DNA of 64,000 nucleotides, taken from the NCBI RefSeq assembly GCF_009834535.1, contig NC_045697.1, positions 75,208,001 through 75,272,000 of the forward strand. The letters are read 5' to 3'. Position 1 is the stretch's first letter; every line of letters starts with the position of its first letter. Origin of the DNA: Camelus ferus (Eukaryota). Of this stretch, positions 51,340 through 64,000 are shown in pieces. The notes under the pieces are model-generated. The model ran no database searches and had not been told where the DNA came from. It saw nothing but the letters and a program-made list of their open reading frames with translations. The translations under genes and the position numbers were made by a program.

Positions 51340-51770
51340 TTCCCTCTAAATTGACACACAATTGCCTTTAGAACTCTCCTAGAGAATTCTATAACACAAA
51401 AGAGCCCAATTTACTTTTATGAAATCTCTGACTTTAGAAATTTTTGCCTTAGTCAAAATTCTGGTTTAATCTCTGTGATGCCTGCCCGTTAGTCCTAGTT
51501 CTTTCTTCCACGTACAAAGAATAACTGTTTCCATCTGACGAGCTTGATGCAAGAGTGCTTCCTGTATCCTCAGCACCTAGCACAGGCCCTAATAGTGCTA
51601 CGTCATAGGCTTTCAATAAAAACGTTTATTAAACAATTGAGTGAATGAATGAATAATTACTCCATATCAACACTTAAAATATTGCTTGATATTCTTTCCA
51701 GGTTAAAAAGTTTCAGTTGTTTTATTTGTTCATCCTATGAAACAGTTTTCAGATTTTTTTCTTTAATCAG
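51340..51770 (-). mobile_element. CR1/L3 fragment interrupted by an L2 3' end (+ strand, about 51555-51655)
   Basis: L3-like 'ctctgactttagaaattttt..cccgttagtcctagttct' and 'ttctttccaggttaaaaagtttcagtt..tcctatgaaacagttttcaga' on either side of L2 'tgtatcctcagcacctagcacagg..tcaataaa..tgaatgaatgaat'. Confidence 0.6.
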
Positions 51771-53417
51771 CCAAGTACTACTTGTTTTGGTGGGAACATA
51801 TAGATCACATTTATGCATATAATGTCAATATGCAAATAGATTCATTTCCTTCTGTAATATATAAGAAACTACCAAGAGTATCAGTAAGATTATCTGGGGC
51901 CAATCAGCTATCCAGGCACTCAAGAGACATATTTCTTAAATTCCTTAGAGTTCAGTTCTTCCTTTACCATGCCAATGGAAAAACTTCCTCACAATTTCAT
52001 CCAAAGAAAGTTATTGGACGACAGGAGCTTAGCAAGTTCATAAACCAAAACATCCATGATAAAGGTCCTGGTAGCTTAAATACTGATTTTTCTTCTCAAA
52101 AATTATCAAGACTTAGGTGTATTGAAATAAATATTCAGGTCTGCAATTATGCGTGCATGTGTTATCAGTTCCTCAGGCACTTTTTCGTGGGCGTTATACT
52201 TGCCCTTCTCATTTTAAATAGTTCCTTCTTTATCCCTTGTAGGTCTACCAAATTACATCTGACTAAATGTACATATTTTTCAAAAATGGATTGCATCAGA
52301 GTGTAATCTTATCCAACTATTGTTTTCTTCTGGAGGAGATAATGGGGAGCATGTGCAGCCACTTAATATCAGGCTCCTGTTTCTAGCATTACAGTCTTAA
52401 AGCTGTCGGGACTATTCAAGAACAAGGATGGTCTGGAGATCGTTCGGCATATGAAACACCCTGTTTGTGAACATTTACGCAGGTGAGGCAGGAGAATGCT
52501 AAACAACTTGCATAGAGAACTTGAAACATCCAAGCAAAGGATGTGGGTCATTTGTTTCCTTCTCTGTTGTCAAGACATTCTGTTTTTCCACAAAATAAAT
52601 GAATCATATTTTCTAATCTATTTTGAATGTATTTTCTAGCCCATTCTGTTTCAATCTCACAATGTGGGAGCCCTCCATCTGGCCACAAACAAGTTATTTT
52701 GCTTACATTTCTTCTGGAAGAAGAGTACCTAAAGTGTACCCACATTTTTCTGTCAAATTGCTGCAGTCACTTTGGTTATGTAAGGGCAGAAAGGTGTATT
52801 TACATCTCTTCCTTTACTCCACTAAAGGCAACCAGTCAATGTTCCTTCCAAAAGCATTCTTTGAAATAGAGGCCAACAAGCAGTTTACAATAAATCTCAT
52901 TTAACTTAGTAGCTCTAGTCAAAAAAGAATAGTGATTTAATTTTAAAAAAAAATCTTCAATGTATTCTCCTATAAAGGAAGTAGTTCTATACAATATTAA
53001 TAATACCTTTCACAAGTGTATGTTTAATAAATTTGTTGGCAAATTTTCTCAAAATCAGTCATATACAAATAGCCATAGCTAATCAGAAAAATTGCCCTAT
53101 GTCTTGTTTAGGGAGGGAAATCTGTTTATTTATGCTAATTACAGGAAGCACCAAATAGTACTTCTTGCTGATGACCATATTAGAAAGCTTATATATGAGG
53201 CAGTAAAATCCCAAGTAATCACATAAATGGATCATAGTATAAGAACACGATTTTTCACCTAATAAAAATGACTTCCTGAATACTATGTGAAAAAAACTTT
53301 CAGAGGAACAACTGAGGCATTAAAAATGGGGGTCACTGACTTAACCAAGATGCAGTGAAGTAGCTCCTTAGAGTCATCCATTTTACATTTTGTTAGGGAA
53401 AAAGGCAGGAATTGGCT

Positions 53418-53595
53418 TCAGAGAAAGCATACAAATTCTGGAATCAGAAAGACCTGGATTAGTATCCTGACCTCAGAGTTTAGATTTTGTGTCCTTCGGC
53501 AAGTTACTTTGCTTTCCACCTACCTTCTAGAGCTGCTGTGGGAATCACAACTGAATTATGTAAATCACCTAGCACAAGGCCTGGCTCACTGTATG
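53418..53595 (+). mobile_element. MIR SINE
   Basis: 'tggaatcagaaagacctggatt..ggcaagttactt..cacctagcacaaggcctggc'. Confidence 0.75.
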
Positions 53596-54744
53596 TTGCA
53601 GGGTTTTAAGAATGCATTAGATGTGACCCTACTTGCTAGAGAAAATCTTTAAAATATGTGTGTGTGTGAACATACATATATATGTATACATTTTTAAGGG
53701 GATTTATTTTTCTAATTAAACCTTTATTTCTTTAGTTAGCAAGGATATGGCTATATAAAAAAACAAAAGGCCTACTAAAGATTCTAAGTCTAATTTTTAA
53801 ATTTTTTCATCTCTTTACTTCAATATCCTGTAGACTACATGTATAACGTAAATTTTAAGTATAAACTGCAGTATTTTAAATTGGTAAGATTTCAACTCTT
53901 CAAATAATTCTGATGGAAAGAACTGTGCCTGTGAAAGGAAGGGGAATGTTTTGAAACCTTACTGCTATGAAAATGTTATAATAAACGTGATAATGAAATA
54001 TGTAACGTGAAAAGAAGTACATAAAGAGGTGATAAGAGCAGACCTATTGGAGAAAAGGAAAGTGTGTAAAGGGTGATAAAATGAAAATACAGACATCAAC
54101 AGGCCAAACATTTTAAAACAATGCATAGTTTTATAAATATAAAAACCTGCTAAAATTATTGGACTGTAGATTTGCTATATATCTAATAAATTCTTACTTT
54201 TAAGAAGAATTGTCTTTGATTGATGGCAAATTTGCTTTTACTGTGGATTTTTCTTTGCTAGTGTTACACAGACTGAAAAACCACAGTTCAGTAATTTTGA
54301 AATGATGTTAATGGCTAGAGATTAAATTACAGTGTTTCTGTTTAATTCATCAAAAATGTAGCACTCATTTCGATTAGAATAAAGAATGTCTTTTACAACA
54401 TTTAGACAAAATGATTATGGGATTTTCAATCTAAGTAAAACTTGCACCATCCATTTTACAGCACTGGACACTAAACTGTTTTAGCACCTGAAAGTTGACT
54501 CAGAGTGGAAGCTTCTGTTCAAGAAGACAAAGGGCAGTTTAAATCTGCAGAACTCAACTTGTTATTTGGTAACTTCAATTTCTTTCTGTCCTGGTACACG
54601 CTAATCTTTTTTCATCTTACTGTTTTTCCTATTCTGTATGCTCACAGAGGGAGCCTTGTACCATCTTTCCTAAATTGTGACCCTTTGAGATACAGTGCAC
54701 CCACGTAAGTCATAGAACAAGGAGAACAAAATGACTACGGTCCA

Positions 54745-54885
54745 TTTTCACGTGCCAGACATGATACCAGACTCTTTATACTGTCTCGTAAAATCCTCCT
54801 GCTATGCGTATTATCTCCGTTTCACAGATGAGGAGGTTGAAATTTGAATTCAGTCCCTTGTCCACGGCTGTACAGCCAGGTAGTT
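54745..54885 (-). mobile_element. MIR SINE
   Basis: 'gtgccagaca..tattatctccgtttcacagatgaggag..cttgtccacggctgtacagc'. Confidence 0.7.
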
Positions 54886-55184
54886 TAGCTATCACTACCT
54901 TCAAAATCTGTGAGCGTTGAGGTAGTAGTTATTCTCAGTTCCACAACTACCTGCACTGTGCTAGCTGCAGCTGGGTGTGAGGTCAGAGATTTGAAGCTTC
55001 CTGGGGAGGAAAACCCAGGTACGACTGGTCTGAGATGGACCTCCCTTCACTTTTCTCCGTATCATATGGACAGGGCTCTTCTCTCTCCTGAAAACAAACA
55101 AAATACCTACCCTCTGTTTAGAAATATAAAGCCTCAATGAGACCGGGCTTTACAACTGTCCAGCATCATAAATCTGTACAACAC

Positions 55185-55390
55185 ACAAAGCTAAGGGATG
55201 CCAACGATTGCCAAAAACCATCAGAAGAGGCAAGAAAGAACCCTTCCCTCAAGCCTTCAAAGGGAGACTGTTTCTGCCAACACCTTGATTTCAGGCTTCT
55301 CCCCTCCAGACTTGTGAGAGAGTAAACTGTTGTTTTAAGCCACCCAATCTGGCAAACTTTGTTTTAAAGCAGCCCTAGGAAATTAACAGA
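55185..55390 (+). mobile_element. MLT1 (MaLR) LTR 3' part, MLT1B/C-like
   Basis: 'ctgccaacaccttgatttcaggcttct..cctccagac..tgtgagaga..ctgttgttttaagccaccca..gcagccctaggaaattaa'. Confidence 0.85.
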
Positions 55391-56744
55391 GATCTTGGTA
55401 ACCCTAAAGGCTTTCCTTTTCTAAGAATTTTCTAAATAAATAACTCCTATATTGACGATATTCATACTTTCAGGACTAAATTAAGGAAATAGCTTTTTTG
55501 AGGCAACAGAGCTGGGGTTTAAATCAACTGGTACTGATTGTTGTGAAGATTAAATAAATATTTAAATTTCTTGGCCCCAAATCTGGGAGGTATTTCTTGC
55601 TAGGTAAGAAACAATACATTCTCTTTCTTTTTCTTCCCTCTTATCCCAGATTATCTGCAGGTTTTAAGGTCCTGGAGGGCGGAGATCATGGCATGCCACT
55701 TCTCACACCATAATGTACAGTATGCTGTATTTACAAAAGAATGGACTGCTATTTTTTTTAAACTAAAGGAATGAAAAGTCCTCTGTTTTCCATAAGGAAA
55801 GGCATACAACAGTGCATTACAGATATTTTCTTGAATAATTAGGAAAAATAAACATTTTGAATTCACAACAGAGAAAAATCATTGTCCTTTGGAAAGTGGA
55901 AGCCTTATCATTACTTCATTGCCTCCACTTGACTACTGCAGACCTCAGCCCTGGAGAACCCTCTGGTCTTTGTGGACAAGAAATACACTCACCCAATCAA
56001 AGACAAGCAGGAAGTGAAATGTTACCCACCATGAAAATCTTACTCTGCACCTAATTTTTTGCACTTGGTACATAATGACTTTTCCATCTTCCTTCAAAGA
56101 AAAAAAATCTTCGATTTCAAAACCATGTGTTGGAAGGGGAAAAAAAAAAAATCTGTCCTAAATTATATCATTCTGAACTAGCTACAAGACATTGTTTCTT
56201 CACAACGCCTGATTCCACAGCGCACAGATACCCAAACAAATTGTTCAAATCTTTTAAGTCCACATTTTTGTCTTCTGGAACTCTGAGCATCACTGTGTGG
56301 CAGTATCGTTAGAAGACCTACTGGTTCTCCCTGCCTTTTACTTGCTTTTTCCATAAGCAGAAGCTGGATCTAATTTCCAAATGAAAGACCTCTTCACCAA
56401 AAATTTATTTTTATGAAGGAATGGCTTTACAGTGTTTGCCATTTGGGTTCTTTTATTTGGCTTTTTTATTCTCTTCAAAATGTGAATGGAAAATGTTTAT
56501 CTGCTGGAGGGCTTCACATGCTTCTGCTTTGCTGGCTCCATGGTTTCTACTGCCAAAAAGGAAAAGAAGAGAAAAAAAAAGAAAGAAAAAGGAAGAGAAA
56601 ACCACTAGTTGTTGAACAAATGTTGAGTCGAAAGCAAATTTGGCATCCCCAAAAATGGTATAAAAAATTAAAAATCAGTCTCCTTCTAATATTCTAACTT
56701 CTCGACCTGGGGTTCTGGGTCTACTCCCTGTTAAACTAGTTACC

Positions 56745-56995
56745 CTAGTATAGTGATTAAAATTCCAGGTTCTGTAATAACATAGATGTGTTTGAATTTC
56801 AACTGTGCCACTTACAAGATTACTATGTAATCTTGGACAAATCATTTGACTTTTCTCAGCTTTTGCTTCCTTCCCTGTAAAATGGGGATAATACCCATCT
56901 CTTGGCACCACTGTGAGGATTAAATTAGATAACATAAATAAAATGTTTAGTATAGTGGCAGATAAGTCATCATATTCCATAAATGATTAATAATA
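56745..56995 (+). mobile_element. MIR SINE
   Basis: 'ctgtgccacttac..tgtaatcttggacaaatcatttgac..ctgtaaaatggggataata..tgtgaggattaaattagataa'. Confidence 0.85.
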
Positions 56996-57675
56996 AATAA
57001 TTCATGGCACCGACTGCAGGATTATGGAGAGATCGAAAAGTGAGATCTTTCCTAGCTCAAGTCCACTAAAAACTTGTTACTTCACAAGTGGTGAACAAGG
57101 TGGAGGGTGGTCAGTTCCTTCTGAGCGTGCTGAGGGAGGATTTGTTTCCCGTCTATTCCGGTCATTGTTGGCAGTCTTTAGTGGTCCTTGGCTTGTCAGT
57201 TTCTGCCTTCCTCTTCCCATGGTGTTCTCTGTGTGTGTCTGCTTTCCTGATGGAAACTTGAAGGGGAACTAGCTACTGGCTGGCTGAGTCTTTCTCCCCT
57301 ATACCTGGGTCAGAAGAAGGATCTGTGAAGGACCTCTGTGGAACTCCACCAGAGATCCCTCAGGCTTCATTCTACCCAGGCATAGTTCACCATCACTCCA
57401 GTCCTAACAGACGTGCTCCTGTTCCCAGTGTGCCCTTGGCCAACTGGAAAGGCCCAACTCAGAGAGCAACCCCACCAGCCTTCATCATCATTGAGCCAAC
57501 AGCTGTAAGAGACTCAAGGCTCGGTGGCACTGCCCTAAAATTCTGCCTTGGCAGAGTTCTGACTTAGATGCAAATGCATTCAGTGATAACTCCACAGACA
57601 GTAGCTTGGCCCTTTTTTGTCTTCTCAGCCAAGCATATACACCAAATGCCTGAACCAGTAGTTTCCTTTCCTAGT

Positions 57676-57703
57676 GGGGCGGAGGGGTGGTTACCATGGC
57701 AAC
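57676..57703. promoter_or_regulatory. GC box plus perfect RFX X-box
   Basis: GGGGCGGAG at 57676-57684; GTTACCATGGCAAC at 57690-57703 matches the RFX consensus GTTRCCATGGYAAC. Function untested. Confidence 0.5.
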
Positions 57704-57744
57704 AACAAATCACCAGTAGGGCACAACTAACCTGTTTCAGGCTA

Positions 57745-57883
57745 GGTCCATCTTCATCACATCCCCTGGGAACTTATTAAGATGCAAAATATTAGGCTCC
57801 ACCCCAGACCTGCTAAATCAGAATTTGCTTTCTAGTAAGATCCCCAGGAAATCTGTATGCACATTATAACTTGAGAAGCCTGC
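57745..57883. mobile_element. MER5A1-like hAT-Charlie MITE
   Basis: 'cctgggaacttattaagatgcaaa..caccccagacctgctaaatcagaat..aagatccccagg..tatgcacatt..ttgagaagc'. Confidence 0.8.
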
Positions 57884-58596
57884 TCTAAGAAGTTGTATAA
57901 GTGTTGCATTCCAAACTGAACTGTGAGATGGGGGTAAAAACACATAGGGATGGAATTCATATTCCCTTTTGTTTTACTTATTTCTTTTCTTATGAGGGAT
58001 GGTTAAAACTAGAATGGATGAAGCAACACAGTTCAGCAGAACTCATATTCGTAATACTTTGTGGACTGAGAGAGAGAAAGAGAGCAAGAATCTATAAAAT
58101 AGAGTGCAAGAGAGAGAACAATTTAAATTAAACCCACCCTTCCAAACTGTATAACCAGAGTGAGTGAGGGATCAGGTGTATGAATATGCTACTGAATTAC
58201 TCAGTCTCAAAGTGCTTCTCACATTGTGATACCGTGGTGTGACTGTGATTCAGGTGTTTAGAGATATGCATTTCTCATCTACTAACTACTGCATCTAATG
58301 CTCAGGCAGATCACAATTCTAGTGATGCTTTCCAGTAGTGCAGAAAAAATGGACTGTATTGGTTATTATTGATTGGATTCACAATGATATCTTCGTAAGA
58401 AACGTTCAAGGGTGATTTAGACTTAAGTCCCAATTCAGAATCTATCAACATCTATTCTATGATTAACCACAAATCATCTGCAGTTGCCAAAATATTCTGC
58501 TAAAGTTTTAAATTTTTTCTCACTATGTAATTCTATAATTTAATAAAATTATAGAAGATGTGGTATACAAAATAACTGCCTAAAGCTCACACATGT

Positions 58597-59048
58597 TATA
58601 GTAGGCAGGATAATGTCCCCCAGTGATGTCCACATTATACTCCCTGGAACTTGGGAATATATTACTTCACATGACAAAGAGACTTCACAGATATTAAAGA
58701 TTTGGGGATGGGAAGATTATTCTGGAATACCTGGGCAGGCCCAATCCAGTTACTTAGGTCTTAAAACTGGGGAATTTCCCAGAGAGATGCAATGTGAAAT
58801 GATTCAAAAGTCTGTTTCTAGCTTTGAAGATACAAGAAGGGGGTTCAATGAGCTAAGGAATATAGGAAACCTCTAGAAACTGGGAAAGTCCAGGAAATAG
58901 GTTCTCTCCTGAAGCTCTTGAAAGGAACTCAGGCCTGTGGACACCAGTGTTGAACTTCTGACACATAGATCTGTAAAATAATTCATTTGTGTTGCTTTAA
59001 GCCACCAAGTTTGTGGTAATTTGTTATGGCAGCATGAGAAAATAGAAA
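58597..59048 (+). mobile_element. MLT1D-like MaLR solo LTR
   Basis: Start 'tagtaggcaggataatgtcccc..gatgtccaca'; 'gatgggaagattattctgga..gggcaggcccaat'; end 'tttgtgttgctttaagccaccaagtttgtggtaatttgttatggcagca'. Confidence 0.9.
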
Positions 59049-61239
59049 AATTTTTAAATGTGAAACAGTAGCAAGACCTAGAAGATCTGTTTCTCCCTTC
59101 TTGATACCTTTAACACAGTTCTCCCAAAATATATGGAGATATTCTGATGATGCTCTAACACCACTGCATTCTTTCTTATATGGTATTTGATGTGTACCAT
59201 TCTCTTAATTCACCTTGACATCTCTTGAAACCCATCTGCATTGTTATTCTGAACTTGGAATCAGAGGTAGAAGCTGTTTTCAAGTATTTTTGTAAGTGGG
59301 AAGATAAAATTTTTATTTTATATTGTATTTTGGTTTTAGTTTCCAATGGACTCATACACTCTCCATTAGACAAATTACATTATGATCATACAATTATCAG
59401 TAGAGTTTCACTCATTATGCTACATGAGTTAACAAGAAGTTTTTCAATCTCATTTAATAAATGCTTTTGTTTCTAAAGCAGTGAGTTCCCAAATCTGGCA
59501 GCTTACAAGAATCTCTGGAAAAGCTCCTGAGGGAAGACTATGGTCTCCTGTTTTAAAACAGCGTAACAATACAGAAAGTGTAATCATAGTGCCAATGGAA
59601 GTTTAAAATAAAATAACTTCTAAGTAAAACCCAGTCATAGCTTCCAAGACCAATTCCAACACTTAAGAAAATGTTGGAAATAAAACCTAAAGAGCTAAGA
59701 AGGCAGTTGTAGCTAATGAGTGAGAAGGTAAATGTCCAAATGTCGGAAAAAAAATTAAAGGGCTGGAAGGTAATGGTTTGAGGGCTCACATTAAAATAAC
59801 TTTGAAAAAAAAGCAGTTTTTTTTCTGTGTTATTAATGATAATCATGCTTGAATATATAATTTTGGTAATGTGGGTAGGGTGTGACAGCATGATTCAGAA
59901 GGAAGAATTCCAACATCTCAACGACAATTTCAAAGCAGTGCATTTTTCTATATACCTAACTAAACCCAAGGGAGGGAGGTCCTCCCTGGTCTCAGCTCCT
60001 CTTACCATGTCTAGCAGCACCTGGTTGTGGGAAAAAGTATACCTTTGGCAAACAATCTTTTCGTAACCAAGGTTTGTTTGTCTGGGTCGAATTTCTAGGA
60101 TCTGGTTGAAATCTTTAGTGACTCCAAGATCATGTTAAATGCACGGTATTTGTCAAGTGTTAAGTTCTATGTGATTCATATGATGGCTGAATTGAGTGCA
60201 GGTGGTTTCCCCTTTTCCTTTGACTCTCTGTCACCCCCTCCCCTACACTCACATGCCATACCTCCCATTTGACTTAAGTGAAAGAAGTAAAAAGGCAGGT
60301 GACAGTCTCTGGTTTATGTCCTGTTTCTGTAGAAAGCAAATCAAATGAAAATTAAGGAAACATGGAGCCTATTAAATTGAAATCTTTTGGCAAAAAAATA
60401 TTGTCCTCAAATTTTGATTGGGAAGTACAGCATTTTGAGAGTAAATTGAAATGAAATGTAAACGTTCCTCGGTTGTAAGTAAAATGCAGCTATTTTGGAG
60501 AAAGTGAAGGGAAATAATAAGGAGTGTTAATGTGACAAATACGTCAAACATTGATGGACTGAAAACTTTTCAAAGGGACAGTGTTTTAGATGTTACAAAG
60601 AAAAGGAATTCTTTAAAAGAGAACTTCATTTCAAATTTTCAGAGCTAATGGATGAAAGAAATGTGTGCATATATCATGAAAGAGCAACTCTCATAGTAAT
60701 TTTTCTTTTCTGGGTTAGTGATTTTTTTTTCCCCAATAGAATGATCCTGAATTCATTTTTAAAAATAGGAGATTTATTCATTCTTTTTTAAGTTTGTGCT
60801 CAAAAATAAGCTCTTGCATGGGACTTTAATATCCCCTTGGGATATCACTGTCCTTGGACTCAAGAGTAAGGGAGGCTGTGTTTTCTCTTTATATGGTCAT
60901 GAAAAATTTAAGTTCCTTTTTCAGCATGGGCTTATGAAAGGTGGCAGTAAGGAAACACATTATTTTATCATAGGTATTGCCTTTTCTGGCCAAAGCAGCC
61001 ATTTATTTCAGCACTCCTGAAAAGAATTAGAGTGACTCCATTAGTACTTTTAAATATAGTTTTAAATTATACCACTACAAAATAAAGAGTGTTTTGAGAA
61101 GAAATCAAATACTTGAAGTGTGAAGCTGCTATGTCACAGTGGGAAGTGGTTTTCTAACCCAGAGATGGCTTCCTTGAGTGTGCTCTTGGAGTCTAACAGG
61201 ATTCCAAATCAACAGCTCTGTCATTATCTTCAAGTGTGG

Positions 61240-61385
61240 TGGATGGCTGCACGCTGTAATCACCTGAAGGACTTTAAAAACCTAACATGCCTGGATTTTA
61301 CAGCAGGAGATTTGATTTAGTGATTCTGAGGTACCGCCTGGGCATCTGGTGACTTCAGTGTGCAGCTAGGTTTAGCAGCTGGTAT
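61240..61385. mobile_element. MER5B-like hAT-Charlie fragment
   Basis: 'ggctgcacgctgtaatcacctgaaggactttaaaaa..atgcctgg..gcctgggcatc..ggtgacttcagtgtgcagc'. Confidence 0.65.
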
Positions 61386-61769
61386 ACCAGTGGATGAAGT
61401 CATGCTATAGAGCAAAGATAGCAAAATGACATACTTGATATTGCTAAGGCTCATGGTAACCAGTGGGATGCAATGGCATGTCATTATCCAGGTTTGCTGA
61501 TTCCTTGGGGAACATCAACTCTCAGAATGAGAAACTCTCTTAACTAGACCTCCATCTCACCTCCTGACCCATACTTCTTTCCTGGCTGCACCTTGTTTGA
61601 TTTAATTCCAATGCTCTCTACCAGTAATGTCCCCATTTATTTTTCAGCCCCTGATAAAACAGGTATTCTCTAATCACTACCTTTAAAAACTAAGTGGACC
61701 ATATAAAAAGCAACAGAGAATCACATTTCAGGTTTGAGAAGAACTTTAAAAGATGTATAATTCAAAAGC

Positions 61770-62210
61770 TATTCATCCATTCAAGTAATATTTATTTACT
61801 GAACATCTATTCTGTGTCTGTCATTGTGCTAGATGCTGGGTATACAATGGTGAAAAACATGATCTTCCATTTGGGTGGAAATGAGGACTGAGGGATAATA
61901 CTGACCAAAACTATTCAGAATAGCAACAAATACAATGAGAGTAAGTACAGGGTGCTGTTGGAATGCCTAGGAATCTTATTTTGTCTTGAGAAGTTCTGGA
62001 AAGACTGTAGCATGAGCAAGAGTTAACCAAGTAAAATGTGTCATGAGAAAAAGAAGCAGCATCCTGTGTTAGGCAAAGACAAGCACTCTTGTAAGTCATG
62101 GACATGTAAGTCTTGTTAAGACAGTTAGATTTCTCTTAACCAGGAGGAACACCATCAGGTCTGCAATTGTGAAAGATCACTCCAGCCACAACGTGGAAGA
62201 GCAAAGAGAG
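61770..62210 (-). mobile_element. L2 3' region
   Basis: 'attcatccattcaa..tatttactgaacatctattctgtgtc..cattgtgctagatgctggg','tacagggtgctg','aaagatcactccagcc'. Confidence 0.8.
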
Positions 62211-64000
62211 AGGCCAAAGTTCCCTTAATGTCTCAAGCACACAACAATATCTTAGACACACACACGCACACACACGCAAATTGAACATTCTCTACACTTC
62301 AGGTTGTTTATTTAGTGTCAAATTAGACTTATACTTGTTTCCCAGTTTTAGGGTTTAATAGTCTAAGAAAGTTACGTCAAATAAAATTACGTTAATAGTA
62401 GTAACAACATAGAAGGGTTTCCTAGACTTGATATTTTACTAAGCTGAAAATGAAAACTCTTGAAATTGTCAAGAGTTTTAGAAAGATGATGAATAAATCT
62501 AATCAAAACTGGATTGTATAACAAAAATATCAATTCATTACTCTATGATCAGGAATATTTGATTATTTGTAATGTCTTTTCATAAAGTGCCAAATAACAG
62601 AATTTTCTGTTTGCAATCTGAGAAATATATGGAAACAAACATGAACCTCAAGGATTATCAAAGTAGAACCAAGCATATGTTCTCAATGACTGAAATGCTT
62701 TCATATACTTCATGTTTTTAATATAAAGGAATTATAGATTATCTATTAAAGGATTGGTTCAAGAGGTAGGATGTGTATCATCTTCGAGCATAGAAAAAAA
62801 AATTCCTTAGTTTCAATGCTAAAAAATCATAACATGCCCTTTCTTGGCTAATGCTCATTTAGTCATGTGTTCAGGACTGAAGAATTCAAAATTAAATAAA
62901 AATAGTGGAATTAAAAAGTAATGATGCAACTGAGGAAGGGCCTGGGCTAATCTCCACTGGGCAAGAATCAGAACCACTGAGAATCAGGACAACATTGTGG
63001 GTTTGGAAAGAGGTACCAGAGAATCCGAACTTGTTCTGTATTTATGAAATATTACTACAAACAAAAAGCTGAAAAAACCATGAAAGGGCTAGAAATCTGC
63101 ATCTGGGAGGGTAGAGGGGAAAAGATGAGTTCGTATTTTAAACATATGTATTAATTATTGCACACAGCAGGGTAGGAGTTTGCAGCTGGAAGGGGCAGAG
63201 CAAAGGAAAAAAGACATTTTATTTCGGAATAAATTTATGAAATCATGCTTCAACAAGGAAACTTGCAGCTGGGGGAGGGCAAAGGGACAGCAATATTTTT
63301 CAAGTAAGTCACTTAAATAAAATATGCAAGCCCTCACTTTGACAGCATTGGAAGGGACGTTCTTGAATCAGTATCAAAGTGGACTAAGGCATTTTGTTAT
63401 GCAAAAAACAGTTTTAGGCTCCTTGGCTAATGGAGATTTTTCTTTAAATGAGTACTTGCTAACCAGTTTCTAAATCTCTGTAATTCTGTGGGAATTCTTC
63501 TCGAATTACAGGGAATACGATTTTGGCCCCAAGTGACTGTTCCTCAATTCTTCAAGTTTGTACTTCAAAAGGATTTATTTTTCTCTAAGGATCCCAAAGC
63601 ATTTTGCCATCTGTGAAGCCTACCATCACTTAATGGCCTTAAATGAGCTATTTTTTAACACTGAAAAAACAAGGACAACAAAAAACTAAACAAAAAAGCC
63701 CTGTAGGTTTTATTCTTTCCATTTAAATGACCTGATTTACCTGTAAGTAGGCTGCTTTCCCACAAGGTAGGAAACCAGTAATGATATGACATCTATACTC
63801 CCGTGGGTGCCGTGGGTTAGATTATAGCCAAGAGTCTCAATCAAAGCCCCATCAACTAAAAACTATAAACTATCCAATGATTCTCTTTCAAAGTATAAGT
63901 TAACCCTGTATTAAGACACCTAAACATGAAAGTCATTAGGCAATAAAAATAGATAATAATTCTATTCTTATTTTTTAAATGGAAATCCTTTACTAATTGT

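Noticed and set aside
51782..52306. 174-aa ORF
   Set aside because: TTG start, no recognisable domain, and composition expected from AT-rich non-coding DNA.
1..64000. Prokaryotic-type systems (CRISPR array, operon, defence island) or an endogenous non-retroviral virus gene
   Set aside because: No regularly spaced repeats, no dense ORFs and no viral protein motifs that I recognise; the window is mammalian repeat-rich DNA.

Overview
Mammalian nuclear DNA, AT-rich and CpG-depleted, intronic or intergenic in character. It is most likely camelid (Camelus/Vicugna/Lama): there is a tRNA-derived vic-1-type SINE and a camelid-type L1 3' end, and I saw no Alu, BovB/Bov-tA, PRE-1 or Can-SINE. I recognise no host protein-coding gene, RNA gene or prokaryote-style system. 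The only ORF-track proteins I recognise are LINE-1 fragments (ORF2 C-terminus at about 6.4-6.9 kb, ORF1 N-terminus at about 40.7-41.0 kb). The window is a layered record of transposable elements: CR1/L3, L2, MIR, hAT-Charlie and Tigger MITEs, ERVL/MaLR/ERV1 solo LTRs and L1s of several ages, many nested and several with visible target-site duplications (TSDs). The most interesting observations are an L1 that keeps only its 5' end (promoter plus ORF1 start), a CpG-rich patch inside an ancient L2, a perfect RFX X-box beside a GC box, and several exon-like segments that may belong to an unannotated, probably non-coding, spliced transcript. Repeat family names come from recalled consensus similarity, not a database search. 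Boundaries without a TSD or terminal inverted repeat (TIR) are approximate.
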